Origin: Camelus ferus
Taxonomy: Eukaryota
Reading direction: 5' to 3'
Length of the DNA: 64,000 bases
NCBI RefSeq assembly: GCF_009834535.1
Contig: NC_045696.1
Location: 79,796,001-79,860,000 of the forward strand
Positions within the stretch are counted from its first letter, which is position 1; the number at the start of each line of letters is the position of its first letter. This document shows, piece by piece, positions 1 through 12,835 of the stretch. Below the pieces are notes generated by a model. That model had not been told where the DNA came from. It searched no databases and saw only the letters and a list, made by a program, of their open reading frames with translations. Both the position numbers and the translations under genes were made by a program.

Positions 1-65
1 CCTTGAGGTGCTAATCTTTTTTTTAATATCTTGATGCTATAGTCACTGATCTGTGAAGTTAGACT

Positions 66-320
66 AATAACTCACATTTATGGAGCTCTTTCTATGTCCA
101 GTACTGTATTTTACATTCTGGGAATATTTACATTCCATTTTCCATTTTTTTCTAACAACAAACATATGAGATGTGACTGTGACTGTTCTTTTGTTGCTAA
201 TAAGTAAACTAAGGGAGATATAGGTTAAATAACTTGCTCAAGGGTCAACAGTTAAAAGTGGTAGAGCCAAGAGATAGACCAGGGTGGTCCGGTTCAGAGC
301 TCACCACCTTAACCACTATG
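66..320 (-). mobile_element. MIR SINE
   Basis: Reverse complement of the MIR core and 5' part (taaactaagggagatataggttaaataacttgctcaagggtcaacag...accttaaccactatg). Confidence 0.75.
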
Positions 321-324
321 TCTT

Positions 325-450
325 TACTACTCAAAATGTGAGTTTGTTGGAAATACAGAACTTTGAGCTGTGCCAGACCTGCAGAATCAGGATCTGCATG
401 TTAACATCCCAAGGTGTCCTTGTCCGCGTTGCCGTTTGAGGAACTTTTAC
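325..450. mobile_element. MER5-family hAT-Charlie MITE fragment
   Basis: gtttgttggaaatacagaac...ccagacctgcagaatcaggatctgcatgttaaca resembles the MER5A/B internal sequence. Confidence 0.6.
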
Positions 451-1359
451 ACTGTGTGAGATGCTGACGTTGAACAAAGTTGCCCTTCAATTAAAACTTT
501 GCAGTTTGATTCCCAATTTAAAATGCTCTATGCCCCTCACTAATTTCATAGGAAAGAATTTCTTTTTAAGCATTTTTTTCTATAAAAATATAGTTCAGAA
601 CTTTGGGATTTCAAGGGTAATAAAATTAAAAAAAATTGGAGAAGGGAGAAAATTGATTTTATATTTTTTATTGCGCAAGAACATTACAAAAATTACCATC
701 TATTTCATCATTATTTCATAAAAATATGGAGCAGTTTAACATTGAAAAGATAGAAAGAAAATAGGGCATACTCTCAGAATGAAGTTTTTTTAAAAAAAAG
801 ATTATAATTCAACTTTATGAAAAGTTGACTAAATTGTCTTTTTTTGTATTGCCCCTTGGATCGGTAAAACATTGGCCTGAGAACCAGCTTTTGGGAATCA
901 CTGTTCTAGAACACATTCTCTTTATGGTAAACACTAGGTATCCAGGACAATTGAACCCGCACCAGGGCCTTCTTATGAGATTACTTCCAGTGTAATGGAA
1001 TTTGGTATGAGGCAGGTCCATTTTGGAACCCATCCAAGGGGGTTTATTTAATGAAGTAGCAAAGATATCTCATTATAGGGCAGCCTCACCTATAATTGCT
1101 CTGCTGAGAATAATTCTGTAACCAATCTCTAGGGCATGAAAATGTGGACATCCCAGAAAGCTTAATGTAAATGGATTCTAACACAGATAGTTCCTAGTCC
1201 AACGTAATCAGGAAATCAAGTTGACCAAATTCACTGAGTGCCTGAGGGAACCTCACATAACTGTGGATTTGCACAGGGATTCAGTGTGCATTTCTTAAAC
1301 TCCTGCTGAGGTCCAGGCCCTTTTATTGAAATAATCATCATAATAATCCTCAAAAACAG

Positions 1360-1490
1360 ATATTATCAGCCCCATTTCACAGATTAAAAAAAAAAAAAAC
1401 TGATGTTCTATGAAGTTAAAAAGCTTACTTAAAGTGAACCAGCTAGTTTGTGGCATGGCTGAGATCGAATTCAGGTGCCCTGATTTCACG
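1360..1490 (-). mobile_element. MIR SINE fragment
   Basis: cccatttcacagatt(a)nctga...cagctagtttgtggcatggctgagatcgaattcagg is the reverse of the MIR core. Confidence 0.7.
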
Positions 1491-1509
1491 TCAAGAATGA
1501 TTTACACTC

Positions 1510-1675
1510 TAGCTTTTCATATTTCAATGTGTATAAAAGTTGTGTAGGAGCACTGTTAAAAATGCAGATTCTGATGCTTCAGGTCCCTGATGCAGCACCC
1601 AGATAGAGGCCTCATTTCAGATAAGGTCCCCAGTGATGACCATGCTGCTGTCAGGGACCACTCTGAGTAGCAAGG
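1510..1675. mobile_element. MER5A-like MITE
   Basis: tgttaaaaatgcagattctg...tgctgctgtcagggaccactctgagtagcaagg. Confidence 0.65.
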
Positions 1676-1797
1676 ATTTATGCCATACCAGTGGTAGGTT
1701 TGTGAACGCCTGCCCCATTGCCTATCTGGCAAGTTAGCAATAAGCACGTTCATGTGTCTGGTTCACGTAGCCCTAGGTGGCCACGTGGGTCCAGAGC

Positions 1798-1965
1798 TGT
1801 GATGGACAGAGCACCAAATCTGGAGTCAGATTATCTGTGTTTGACACTGCTTCTGATAGCTAATTGCTGTGTGACTTTGAGCAACTTTCTGAATGTCTTA
1901 GAGCATTGTTAAGCAGGAATGATAAGAAATAATACTCAACTACAAGGTGCTTTCGTGGAGACTCG
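1798..1965 (+). mobile_element. MIR SINE fragment
   Basis: agagcaccaaatctggagtcagattatctgtgtttga...gctgtgtgactttgagcaac. Confidence 0.65.
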
Positions 1966-3064
1966 CTTGTTAGAAAACATGATGAATTTTAAATCCATGT
2001 ACAGGGTGTCACTGTATTTCTGAAGTTTCTCATTTCCTTGTACACTATGTGTTTAACTTAAAACTTTAGCACCCCAAAGGATTTTGCCCAATTCAGTAGC
2101 TTATCATCATTGTTTTAATCCATATCCCTTTTTCCTTTAATTAACATTAAAAACATACATAGTATTATTTTAATGACATATGAAATGAAACCAAAGCAAG
2201 AGACCAAAATAATTCATTGCTTTTTACTCTATTCCCTCTTTCAGAAGCAGTGATCTAAATTAAACACAATTTTGAACTATTAACTACTTCTGACAAAAAA
2301 AAAAAAATACAAGCTTTCACTTGAATACACAAGCTGTTATGCTAGAAATAGTTCATTTTTTCTTAGTAGTCACATATAATTTGACTGTTGAACTCTGTAT
2401 GGTCAGAATTAAATATTTCAGTTTTTACCTTGATTGTTGCCATCTTTGTCCCATTCAGGGACACCATAGCTAGTAAGTACTTAATGATAAAAAATATTTT
2501 TTAAATGCTATTAAATTTACATAACAGGAAAATACAAAGCAAATACCTCCCTTAATCTCAAAATAAAACAATAAAATTAGATATAGTCCTATAATTAAGC
2601 ACTAGTTAAATAAGACCAATCTCCGGAAGAGCAGAATTTGCCATTGTAAGAAAAAAATACGTTAATACCACTAACATTCACTGGCTCTTTCAGTGGAGGG
2701 GATACAAATATACATAAAACTCAGTCCCTGCCAGCAAGAAGTCAGAGATTAGAGACAAAGAATAGGCTCCCACTACCTGCATTCCAGGATTTTATTTGCA
2801 TTTTCAAGTTATGTACTTTTTCTATTTTTAGTTTAGTGTGTTGTTATTATTTATATCTTTAAAGGTTTTTCCTGAAATGTGTCCTTCAAGTGGACATTTA
2901 GAAGGAAGGACTTCCTACATACCTTGATGTAGTTTAATTAATTCCAGTGGTCATCAACTTGACCTCAGTGGAATCAAAAATATCAATAGGAGATTTAAGC
3001 TACACAAAGGAGAGGTGATGTGTGGTTAAAGGAAGACAATATTTTTCAGGCTGAGTATTATTAG

Positions 3065-3141
3065 TGTGTATGTTCATGTATGACCAAAGCATTGTGCTGT
3101 ACACCACAGATTGACACAACATTGTAAACTGACTATACTCC

Positions 3142-3143
<2 letters not shown>
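3065..3143 (+). mobile_element. Young (camelid/artiodactyl-type) L1 extreme 3' end
   Basis: tgtgctgtacaccacagattgacacaacattgtaaactgactatact is shared with the copies at ~16040, ~26450 (reverse) and ~48250. Confidence 0.85.
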
Positions 3144-3220
<77 letters not shown>

Positions 3221-3291
3221 GAAGGAAGGAAGGAAGGAAGGAAGGAAGGAAGGAAGGAAGGAAGGAAGGAAGGAAGGAAGGAAGGAAGGAA
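3144..3291 (+). repeat. Compound microsatellite (GAAA)19(GGAA)18
   Basis: Counted directly; it occupies the position of the L1 poly(A) tail. Confidence 0.97.
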
Positions 3292-3796
3292 GAAAAAAGA
3301 GAGAGATAGGGAATGGGAAGAATGTCCAAGGCGACTCCTCTGTTTGGTGGCTTCCTGTTCCTATGGAGGCTGTTACCCAAACGGCCCTGGCTCCACGCCC
3401 CCCACCCCTGCCCCCAGCACACCCACCCTCCCACTCATCTGACTCTGGCTAAGCTCCCCTCCCTTTCCTGCACAAGAGCTGCCACTGACACAACAAGGAA
3501 AGGAGCAACAATTCTTACTCACATGCAGCACCCATAGCCCATAAAGTGAGAGAGCTTGCGGGCAGGGAGATGGGGAGAATCAAAAGGAGGGAAAGAGTAG
3601 ACAATGGGGCAGGTGAGGGTTGCAAGACAGGCACTGGCTATCGCAGAGAGAACCACATTTCCCCATAGTGTGAGAGTGTGGAGGGTGGGGAGAGGTGACT
3701 AGGAGAATTTTCAATAAGCAAGACTGTAGTATAACTTGTATCATGTTACAAATGAAATAGAGTCACATTTCATCTAAAAATATTATGAACCTTGTA

Positions 3797-3975
3797 GGTT
3801 CTTGACATAATTACAATCACCCAGGGGAGCTATTAAATATATCCAGATGCCGAAATCCACCCTTAGAGAGTCTGATACATTCTCTGGGGTTCAGGCAATG
3901 ACCATGCCTGGGGCACTGGTGTTTTTTAGATTCCCAGGTCATTTTATTGAACAGCTAATAGTTGAGAACCACTAG
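3797..3975. mobile_element. MER5-family MITE
   Basis: aatcacccaggggagctattaaa...gttgagaaccacta terminal sequence. Confidence 0.65.
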
Positions 3976-5464
3976 CATAAAAGATGCTCATCACTTCCTT
4001 CTCCTTTAAAATCACCTACAATAGGTGTTACCCCATGTGTGCTTATTTAAAGGGAATTAAGAAAAGCAAGATCTAAACATTTTAAAGCATCAAGAAAAAT
4101 GTGAATGTCATTGTCATGAAAATGTACACTTAAAATAATCTCAAATTCACTTAAAAAGCAAATTAACTTAATGACTACTTTCCTGTTAACGCTAAGAAAT
4201 AGACTAACACTAAACACCAGTCAGGATTAGTTAATACGTGTGTCTGAAATATTAAATTCGTCCCATTAGTGATAACCTCACAAAAAATGAATTATTAATC
4301 CAAGGAAGCTGAGCAAGATCTTTTTCATGAGCAGAATCATTTCCATAGTTTATGAGTGGTCGTTATGGGTTTGATTCAAATGACAGTAAATGTTAGCGTG
4401 TTTTTAAATGTAGTTAACTCTTCACATTGTTGTGAATCAAAACCTAACCAACTCAGTCACTGAAGTCTGACACAACCCTAAACTGTTATTCAGTTTGATG
4501 ATTCCATGTTGAGGTTCACAGACATTAAAAAAAAGATGATTCTTATCCAAATGTTGGATAATATTGCCTCAAATTTCTCCCACTATCCAACTTTCAAAAT
4601 TTCCTCCAAGGCTTCCAAAGCCAGATAAAGTTGAAAACAGCAATCCTCTCTCTGTTTCCTCTACCCCTTTCCAGCCTTCACACATCACGCCATGTGATGT
4701 TCAAGCAGACTCTGCAGGTACTGAGTCGATGAGATCCACTTGAATTTGTTTACAGAAATGTAGCACAGAGTGAGGCTGTGGTTACTCTCTTGATTCAGAT
4801 TATCTAGAAGAAAGTTAGGGGAAAATTTCCATTTCAACATATGGTTATTAGTTAACTCTTCTGTTGCCTCATCTGACATTCACTAAAATAGAGAATACTT
4901 TCTTTCCACCTGAGAGATGATTCTGTTTCTATCCAAGAGCAGGATGTAGATAGGCAGGGTGTAATAAAAAAGGGAAAACAACTTTCACTGCACTGTCTCA
5001 GCGTGGTTTCCTTATTTCGAATGAATTGTTACCAGTACCTTGAACATCAGATTCATATATACTTGAATGCCACTACCAAAGTATATTTTATATCCAAAAA
5101 TAAATAACTTGTGGAATACTTGTTTTGGTCTATGATGATGATGATAGTGATGAGATGATGATTCAAATTATGCTACTAATCAAAGAATAATTAATCACTG
5201 ATTTTGTGGGATAAGTAATACTAAGAAATCAACCACAAATTTTTAAGTAACCATTTTATCATTACTTTCTATCAACTTATTGAGTGATACAGCAGTAAGA
5301 GAACATTATATGACAGGGATGTGGTTCTCAAAGGATTTAGAGTCAAGCTTTAGACAGAAGTTCTATAACAATAAGGCAATTAGAAATCTATCAGGTGTTC
5401 AGTGATGTGAAATGCCCATGCAGAACAAAGGTTTAGGATAGGAACGTTCGATTGGAATCTGTGA

Positions 5465-5600
5465 TACACATTTTATGAGCATGAACTCTGTGTGGCAGGC
5501 ACTTTATCTAAACTAACACCTCTAATTCTCACAATAACCGGTGAGTTGGGAACTATTATTATTCTCTATTAAAGACAAAGAGATAAAAATGCATAAAGTA
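5465..5600 (-). mobile_element. MIR SINE fragment (3' part)
   Basis: tgtgtggcaggcacttt...taattctcacaataaccggtgagttgggaactattatt. Confidence 0.6.
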
Positions 5601-6433
5601 CTCATGGAAATGCTGAGAGGACTTTGGGTGAATTTAAAGGTGTGAATGAACCTAAAAAGTAAAGAGCTGAATGGAAAAGTAGGGTGGGCAGAGGGGATGG
5701 AAAATGAGTATGCTATTTGAGGGAAAACTTACTAGCAGGATGTAGAACTTGAGAAAAGAATCATGAAAAAGAATAAGAACAGCAAGGAGATGGGACGGCC
5801 AGAGGAAGGCATTATTATGAAGTAAGAGTGGACAGAGCCAGATTCTAGATGGCCTTAAAAACCAGGCAGAAGAAACTGAAACTGGTATTGAAGGAAATAA
5901 GTGGATTCTAGGATAAGGAAGTAATAATGTAAAAAAAAAAAAAAAAAAAAAGGATTAAGAATCAATGAAAGAAACATTGAGTAATTACTACTTTATCAAC
6001 CCTTGCTGGTTATTATAGGAGCTACAAGGATGTATAAGATTTCAATCCCAATATTATAGCTCTTTATCCTTTCTTCAGTTACATCTGTAATATAATTATA
6101 CTCTTCTAATTGTATACATTTTATTTGTCATGACCCAAGATTGATTTCAGGGGAAAACAGCCAGGGGGATGAGAGTATGAAGAAAGTATAAAGAGAAAAC
6201 TCCAGGGTAAAACAGGAAGGAGTAGAGTGTTGCTACCATAGAAAGTGAAAAGCACAATGGGGGGAAATAAAGCTGGGGGAGCTGGCGGGTGGCCAGGGAG
6301 CCATGCAAACTTTGGACATCCAGTAGGTAACAGGAGACCTCTCAAGAGGATTAACGTGGGGAATGGTGGTGACAATGACCTATTTACTTATTTATTTTTG
6401 CCACATCACTTTAGTGTATGTAAAGAACAAAAG

Positions 6434-6692
6434 CAGTGCTCATCTCTGGGTTATAGCCTATTACTGGGCTATGAAATCAATTTAATGAACTGTGACCAAC
6501 ATTACATTTAACTTAAATCAACAGAATTGACCTGAGATACAATGGAAAATATCAGAATTTGTGGAATATTGGAAGATAAGTTTTACTCTGTGAAAATTTT
6601 GTTCCTGTTATGTATCCAGGTATATCTATATCTATCTATAAATAGAATGGTAGCTAGGATAAAGAAAAATAGGTCCTTTTTTTGTACTCTCT

Positions 6693-6725
<33 letters not shown>

Positions 6726-6803
6726 CATGTGCATGTATCTTGACTGTGATGTAAAACACATTTCTTATCATGGATCTTGGTCAAAAATATTTGAAAGCCG
6801 CTG
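6434..6803. mobile_element. hAT-Charlie non-autonomous DNA transposon (Charlie4-like)
   Basis: Begins cagtgct, ends tttgaaagccgctg; internal tgggctatgaaatcaatttaatg and gatgtaaaacacatttcttatcatggatcttggtcaaaaa. Confidence 0.6.
6698..6725 (+). repeat. (TG)14 microsatellite
   Basis: Direct count. Confidence 0.95.
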
Positions 6804-9800
6804 GTTTGGAGGCAGATTTGAGAGGGAAAAGACTAGAGGCCGATGGGAGGTTATACTTGTGATAATCTAGGTGAGAGAAGTAAAAGGTAGACCCAGATAA
6901 GCAATAGTAAGTATAAAGAGGAGAAACCAAAGTGAAGGAAAGAAGGAAGGAACAAAGGAAAGAAGGAAGGAAGGGAGAAAGGATGGAAGGAAGGAAGAAA
7001 AGAAGGATGGGAGGAGGAATGGGGGAGGAAGGGAGTAAGAAAAATGTTCACATTTTGGTGGCAGGTGAGAAACAAAGAAGCATTTTCTAAGGATCAAAGT
7101 GCCACCAACTCAGGAACGTGAGCACACTTAAAGAAGAGGATGAATACAATTTTGGATGTGTTTTGTGTGAAGGCTGGTGGCAAGTTCAGGTGATGGCAGC
7201 ACATTTGTTGGTTAGAGGCACGCAGGAAGTGTAGCAGAGAGTTCCCAACCAAAGATAGATATTTGGAGGTATCATTCATAACTGGTGCCACCTGAAGTGT
7301 AGTAAGAAAGAGGGATGAGGAAATAATCCTAGAGAACGTGAGTAACTAAGAAAAGACCACCTCTCAGATTAAGAAAGAATGAGACTAAATTAATGAAGCA
7401 AGAACCCTAAGACGTTGCTCCTCATGGACTGGAGTCTTTGGGAAAACATCTAGTTACAGAGTTTCTAAAGGTAGCATTAAGAGTAAAAAATAATCATTAG
7501 CTGTCAGATGTCCATGAAGATAACAACTTTAATGGCTATCACTGCAACTCAACTAGAAATCAAGACTGGGACTGGGCACTAGTTTAGCAAGCCTGGGAAG
7601 GAAGTAGTTTAGATCTGAAAAGTTAGACTAACCATGTTCATACGTCTCATGTTTAAAATGTGGACTAGAATTAAGCAAGCATAATTTCACAAAATGACAC
7701 AATAAATCTTTGTCTCATTATATGATTGAGCACAGATGATATAATCTCAATAATTTCTGTTAAAAGAATAAACCATCACCTGCAAATAATGCCTGATTTC
7801 ATTGCTTGTAATCAAAGGGAAAGCTGTGCTTGCAGGACACAGCCTTTCTCAATATAGCCAACTGCCAGAAGCAATGATGAGGTTGGAAAGGGAAGAAGCA
7901 GGAAAAGAGTTCAAAACATTTAGCTTGAATGGAAAGAAGAAATGCAACAGTAGTTCAAAGAGAATATAGAGTGATGGGCTGATTTTCATATTTTTTAAGG
8001 ATATGGATACTGGACAGGATTATATTGAAAAAGTCCACAGACAGAATAAAAGTAATGAAAAGGTGTGAGATCGCCTAAGGAAGTATTAAGGGATGGGGGT
8101 CTGGAAACAAATTGAAAGGTTAGATTTGAACACATGGGAACCTGTTTCACTGAGATAGGAAGGAAGAGTTTTTATGGGCGGAGGGTAAATTGAGAGAATT
8201 TTTAGATTTTTTTAATTGAGTTGAAAGCAGTTGAAGAATTTGAAAAAGATTGGACAGACAATAGAGACAAACTAAACAAAGGCTAAATAGGGTTAAAGCA
8301 GTGGATTCAAGGCCTCTCTATGAGGGACCATGAATCTATAGTGACAACAAACTGCAAAGTTATGTGATTTTCTACATTGTGTCTCTGACCATCCAAAAGT
8401 TTTCATTGACTCAGAATTTAGGTTTTGATGAAATGGATCAGAGGACAGAATTATTGTGACTAATGATGAGAGAGTGATTATAATGGTGAACTGTGGGTCT
8501 GGGCTGGGCAGGAAAGGACAGAAGAGAGCGTTCGATCTGAGAGGGTATATAGTGGTCCAGGGACTGACCATTGAAGGAAAGGTAACTGAGGCTAAGGGAG
8601 TGAAAGAGCTGAAGAACCAAGAGGTTTGGTCAAGGAGTGGTATTGGAGTGTAAGATTTGACAGCTTATGTTCCATGAGACTGGGTTATTAGTGAGAAGAG
8701 TTCAGGAGTTTTAAAAAAATAAGTGAGAGGTCAGGATATTAGGTGAGTCATCCACAGCTGGGTCTGAAGTCACTCAGGATGATGTTGGGACAAAAAGCAA
8801 AGAGGAACTGTCATCCAGGGGTCAACTCTTAGTAAATGTGGGGGAATAATCAAGTCTGGTAGATGACAGATTAGAGAGGGTAGAATGGCTAAAGAACATA
8901 ATGTTCTGTGACACTGAGCTAAGAGACAAGAAGGACAAAAACCCCATGTGACAGGGGCTATAGAGGAGTGGGCTCCTTGGAAGGTCCAGCTTAAATTGAA
9001 GAACATAAAAAACATTCAGCCTCTTGAGAAAAAGGGCATGGGGTGATTTGTTTACAGTGGGAAGGGACCATGAACACGAGAGAAGGCCACAGTGGGAGAA
9101 GTGGTCTCAGAGAGAAGCCACAAAGCACAACTGGAATGAGACTGGGAGTGTCTCATTCAAAGAGGCGATGAGGGGTTGAAACATGCTTGGGGCAGCAAGT
9201 GTGAATTATCCCTTCTCTGCATTCTGACTGGTCCACAGTCTAGCCCAGGTGAAGGTGAGTATGTAATCCACCTGTGCTCAGTCAGGGACAGCTCAGCAAG
9301 CTTTATTCTGAAGGAAAGGAGGAAGGCAGGTTTTCATACCCAGCAAAATGTAAAGGGAATGTTCTTTTTGTTACTTGTACCTCTCCTGTGTCTTTTATTT
9401 CTATACATGGATTGCACTAACTGAAAAACAGGAAGGGTTATTAGCATTACATAAACTGCTACAATGATAAATCGCATAATCTTATAATATGCCTTTAAAG
9501 TCAGTCAGCAAGGTTGTTTGTGTATCTTGATATGTTCACTTATATTTATTGGATTTCTCTTGGTTTTTGATATCCCTAATAGTACTGAATAATTGTTTAT
9601 GAGTGCTGAGGAGGAATCATATCAATACATGAATAAGCACACCTTTTTTAACAAAAGAATTACCCTAATTTACTTTGAGCACTTAAAAAAGTAATTTAAA
9701 ATGTTGATAAATAAGAGTTCTGGTGACTTTATTAACATAGTGTGTGTGTGTGTGCGCGCACATACGCATACATACGTGTTTATACTCCATGCTTTTAGTA

Positions 9801-10754
9801 CAATCTATTTGGGATGCTTCCTAGAGCACTGGCTTTGAGATAGGGTGATAATTATTTGTTGGCATGTAAAGTTTTAAACACAACAAATGAACGTTTTGAA
9901 ATACCAAGCGTAATAGTGAAAAATGAAAACTAATGAAACAGTCAATATTCACACTTTCTGATGCCTTCATAAGGTGTGAATGTTGAAAGCTGGTAACTTT
10001 ACAACTGGTTCTTTTGTTTTTAATCATTTTTTTAACTGTAAACCTTCACTCAGCAGTGGACCAAAAAAAGGTACCTGAGGATAGTTTAAAGTAGCTCAGC
10101 CCTGATACTAATCTGAAATGAAACGTCCTACCATTTGTATGCATTATGAGAGCAGCAATCAAGCATCCACTTAAGCAAAAGAAGTAAGTAAAATAGTATG
10201 CTCTCTAACACCGGAGACATATGTCATCTTAGGGCACAGAAAGCCGTTGCTGGCACCAGGGTCCTGCTCAGCATCTCTGGCTCCCACAGAGAGCTGTCCT
10301 CACAGCTACTTTAAAGTTGAGTTATTATATATTTCTCTCTGCTTTAGTGGCATGAACAGTGAGGGTGCATTCTAAAGCAGTTCCCTACTGCTAAGTGATG
10401 GATTTAGGCGGAGTTCTTCTCAGAGGAGGCGTCCAGAGAACACGGTTTTACACATGGGGACATTCATTTATGGCATCACACAGTTGTGGCCACTGCCACT
10501 AGTTAATTTAGGCTGTCAAAGGAGGAAGATGAAAAAAATGAAAATGAATGCTGAAAGGCTTAGGTGAAGCTGGAGAGAGGTGTAGGTGGCTGTGATGGGT
10601 TTTTGACCTCCACTTAAGTGCATCCTGACAACAGTAACGTGCACAGTGGAATCCTCAGGGCACTCATCAGCTCACCCACACACAGCGTGACCACCACAAG
10701 TGGGGGGAGGCCACTCACCGCGTTTGTATTACGTATTTGACGTTTCTCACTCAT

Positions 10755-11470
10755 TGTTTTAAATAGGTAAAATATTCACATAGTTAAAATTCAAGAGGTA
10801 TGAAATAGTATGCAATGGAAAGTCTCCTTTCTAGCCCTATCTCCAAACAGCCAATTCCCCTCCAATGGGCAACCACTGTTTATCTTTTAAGTTAGTAAAT
10901 ATAAGCAATATGGTAGTAGTACACAATATTCTTTCTTCAACTTTATTTTTTTTTACTTAAAAGTAAGTCTTAGAGGCTGTTCTATATCATATTTTATCCT
11001 CTTTACCATTATATAACATTCCATTATATTGAAGATACATATTCCTCATATGATGAACATTTGGACTGTTTCCAGTGTTTGGAAACAGTGCTGCAGTGAA
11101 TAACCTTGTATATATATCATTTTGTATGAACACAAGCATGTCTGTAGGATACATTCCTTAAGTTAGAAGCCAAGAGTTTTCACATTTGAAATTTTAACAA
11201 ATATCATTGATACACTCCCATCAGCCATGTGAGAAGTTTTTTTTATTATTCTCACCAAATCAGTCAGTATGTCATCAAATTTTTTAATCTTTTCCAAAAT
11301 TATAGACTTTTTATAAATCGGAGTACAAGATAAATTTTCATTTCTCTTATTGTGTGTGAGTTGTGAATCTTTTTCTATGTTTAAGAATCATTTGCATTTG
11401 CTTCTTTGTGTATTTCTACTTCTGTGCTATAAACCCCAAATTTCTAAAGGGTTGTTGGTGTTTGTCTTAG
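10755..11470 (-). mobile_element. Old L1ME-type 3' end and ORF2 tail
   Basis: ggcaaccactgttta..., gatgaacatttggactgtttccag, tgctgcagtgaataaccttgta are typical antisense L1 3' sequence. Confidence 0.75.
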
Positions 11471-12594
11471 GAGTGCAGTAGTTTTAAATTCAAAACAAGT
11501 TTGAAAAGTACCTTTTGGGCAAATAAGTTTTCCCCTGTATAATTCTGGTAATTCTTTGCAGAGTAGGAGAAAATAACTTCCCTTTTAATCTGTGTTGGGC
11601 TATAAACTTGCATTAGAACTCAATTACCATCCTTCAGCAGTGCCTGTGCTGACCTGATTGGCCGTTCCTTGCAGTGTGAGGTAAATGTCTCTAAAATGAA
11701 GTGCATGCCCATATTTTCAAGAAATGGGATAGTAGTTAAGCAATAACATTTAGAAAAAAAATTCCTAGTCTATAAAAAAGTCAGAAAGCTCTTTATTAGT
11801 AGTATGGCTCTTGTATAAAAGCATAATTTCTCTTATATTTAGAGACTGTAAAATCTTTGGCAATTTAGAAATTGTATATTATTTGAGATTGTAACACTTT
11901 AGATTTTGATGTTCTTTCTAATGCACTAGGTCTAGCATCGTCATCTTTCCTAGAAAATCCTGAGAGGAAAAATAAACACAGTAGAGGTTAATAGCTAGCT
12001 AGAGGAAGATTTCACTTGCAATGTTCATCTACTAGGGTGTTTTATAGGTAGCATACAGTAGCACAGTTATATCAATTCTGGGTGAATTTTTCCTTGTTAA
12101 ATTTTGTTGAGAGAGTTACACTTTAATTAGTGCCTGATACAAACCATTGATTTCCAATAGAAAAATAATGTGGTTCCTTCTCTTACATATTCATTCCAGA
12201 ATAAGAAATAAAAAGACTGTCAATAATGGCCAAGTCAACCATGATACCCAACTTGGGACTCTCTCTGATGGTAAGAGTGACTTGACAGAAAGGCTGTTTT
12301 TCCTTTATGACATCAGAAGGCCAGTGCTGAACTCTGAGTAGCAACTGCTTCCAGGATTACTGTTTTTTAAAAAGTATCAGACATCTATAGGGAGGTTACA
12401 GATACATAGATAGATTTCAAAATTATTTTCATTCATTCTTCATCTCTAAGATGCAAAGGAGAAAAGAAACACTTTCATACGTGGCCAAAAAAAAAAAAAA
12501 AGAATAGTTTTCTATTGTCCTGAAATTGCTTCCATTCAAATACTTTGAGGTATAGTCTTAGCTCAGATTTGTTTTGTTGTCTGTGTGCTTAAGT

Positions 12595-12835
12595 CAGCAT
12601 TTATTAAGTGGTTAGTATATGCCAGCTGTTTACCACCTACACCTCTTTCAGTCTTCACAACTACCCAAAGAAGTGGGATAATAGCCCCATTTTGCAGAGA
12701 AGGAAACTAAGGCTCTGGGAAGTCAAATAACTTGCTTAAGGTCAACCTAACTGTAAGTGTCAGTTAGAGCCTGAACTTAGGCTTATGTGATTCCAAACAC
12801 ATAGTAACTATAACCACTACGTAATGCTGCCTCTT
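12595..12835 (-). mobile_element. MIR SINE, near full length
   Basis: ccccattttgcagagaaggaaactaaggctctgggaagtcaaataacttgcttaaggtca. Confidence 0.85.

Larger units (their letters stand above)
5740..9400 (-). mobile_element. Fragmented L2 LINE (ORF2 region), interrupted by younger elements
   Basis: Purine-rich L2-like segments at ~5740-5950, 6200-6390, 6810-7400 and 7880-9400. Reverse translation near 8750-8785 gives IILSDF, resembling the APE-endonuclease motif IILGDFN. Confidence 0.6.

Noticed and set aside
670..679. C/EBP-like palindrome aTTGCGCAAg
   Set aside because: An isolated 8-bp motif in AT-rich DNA with no supporting context.
3000..3537. ORFs of 144, 113 and 74 aa (FLPS / ERKK repeats)
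   Set aside because: The two longer ORFs are translations of the GAAA/GGAA microsatellite; the third is a short chance ORF beside it.
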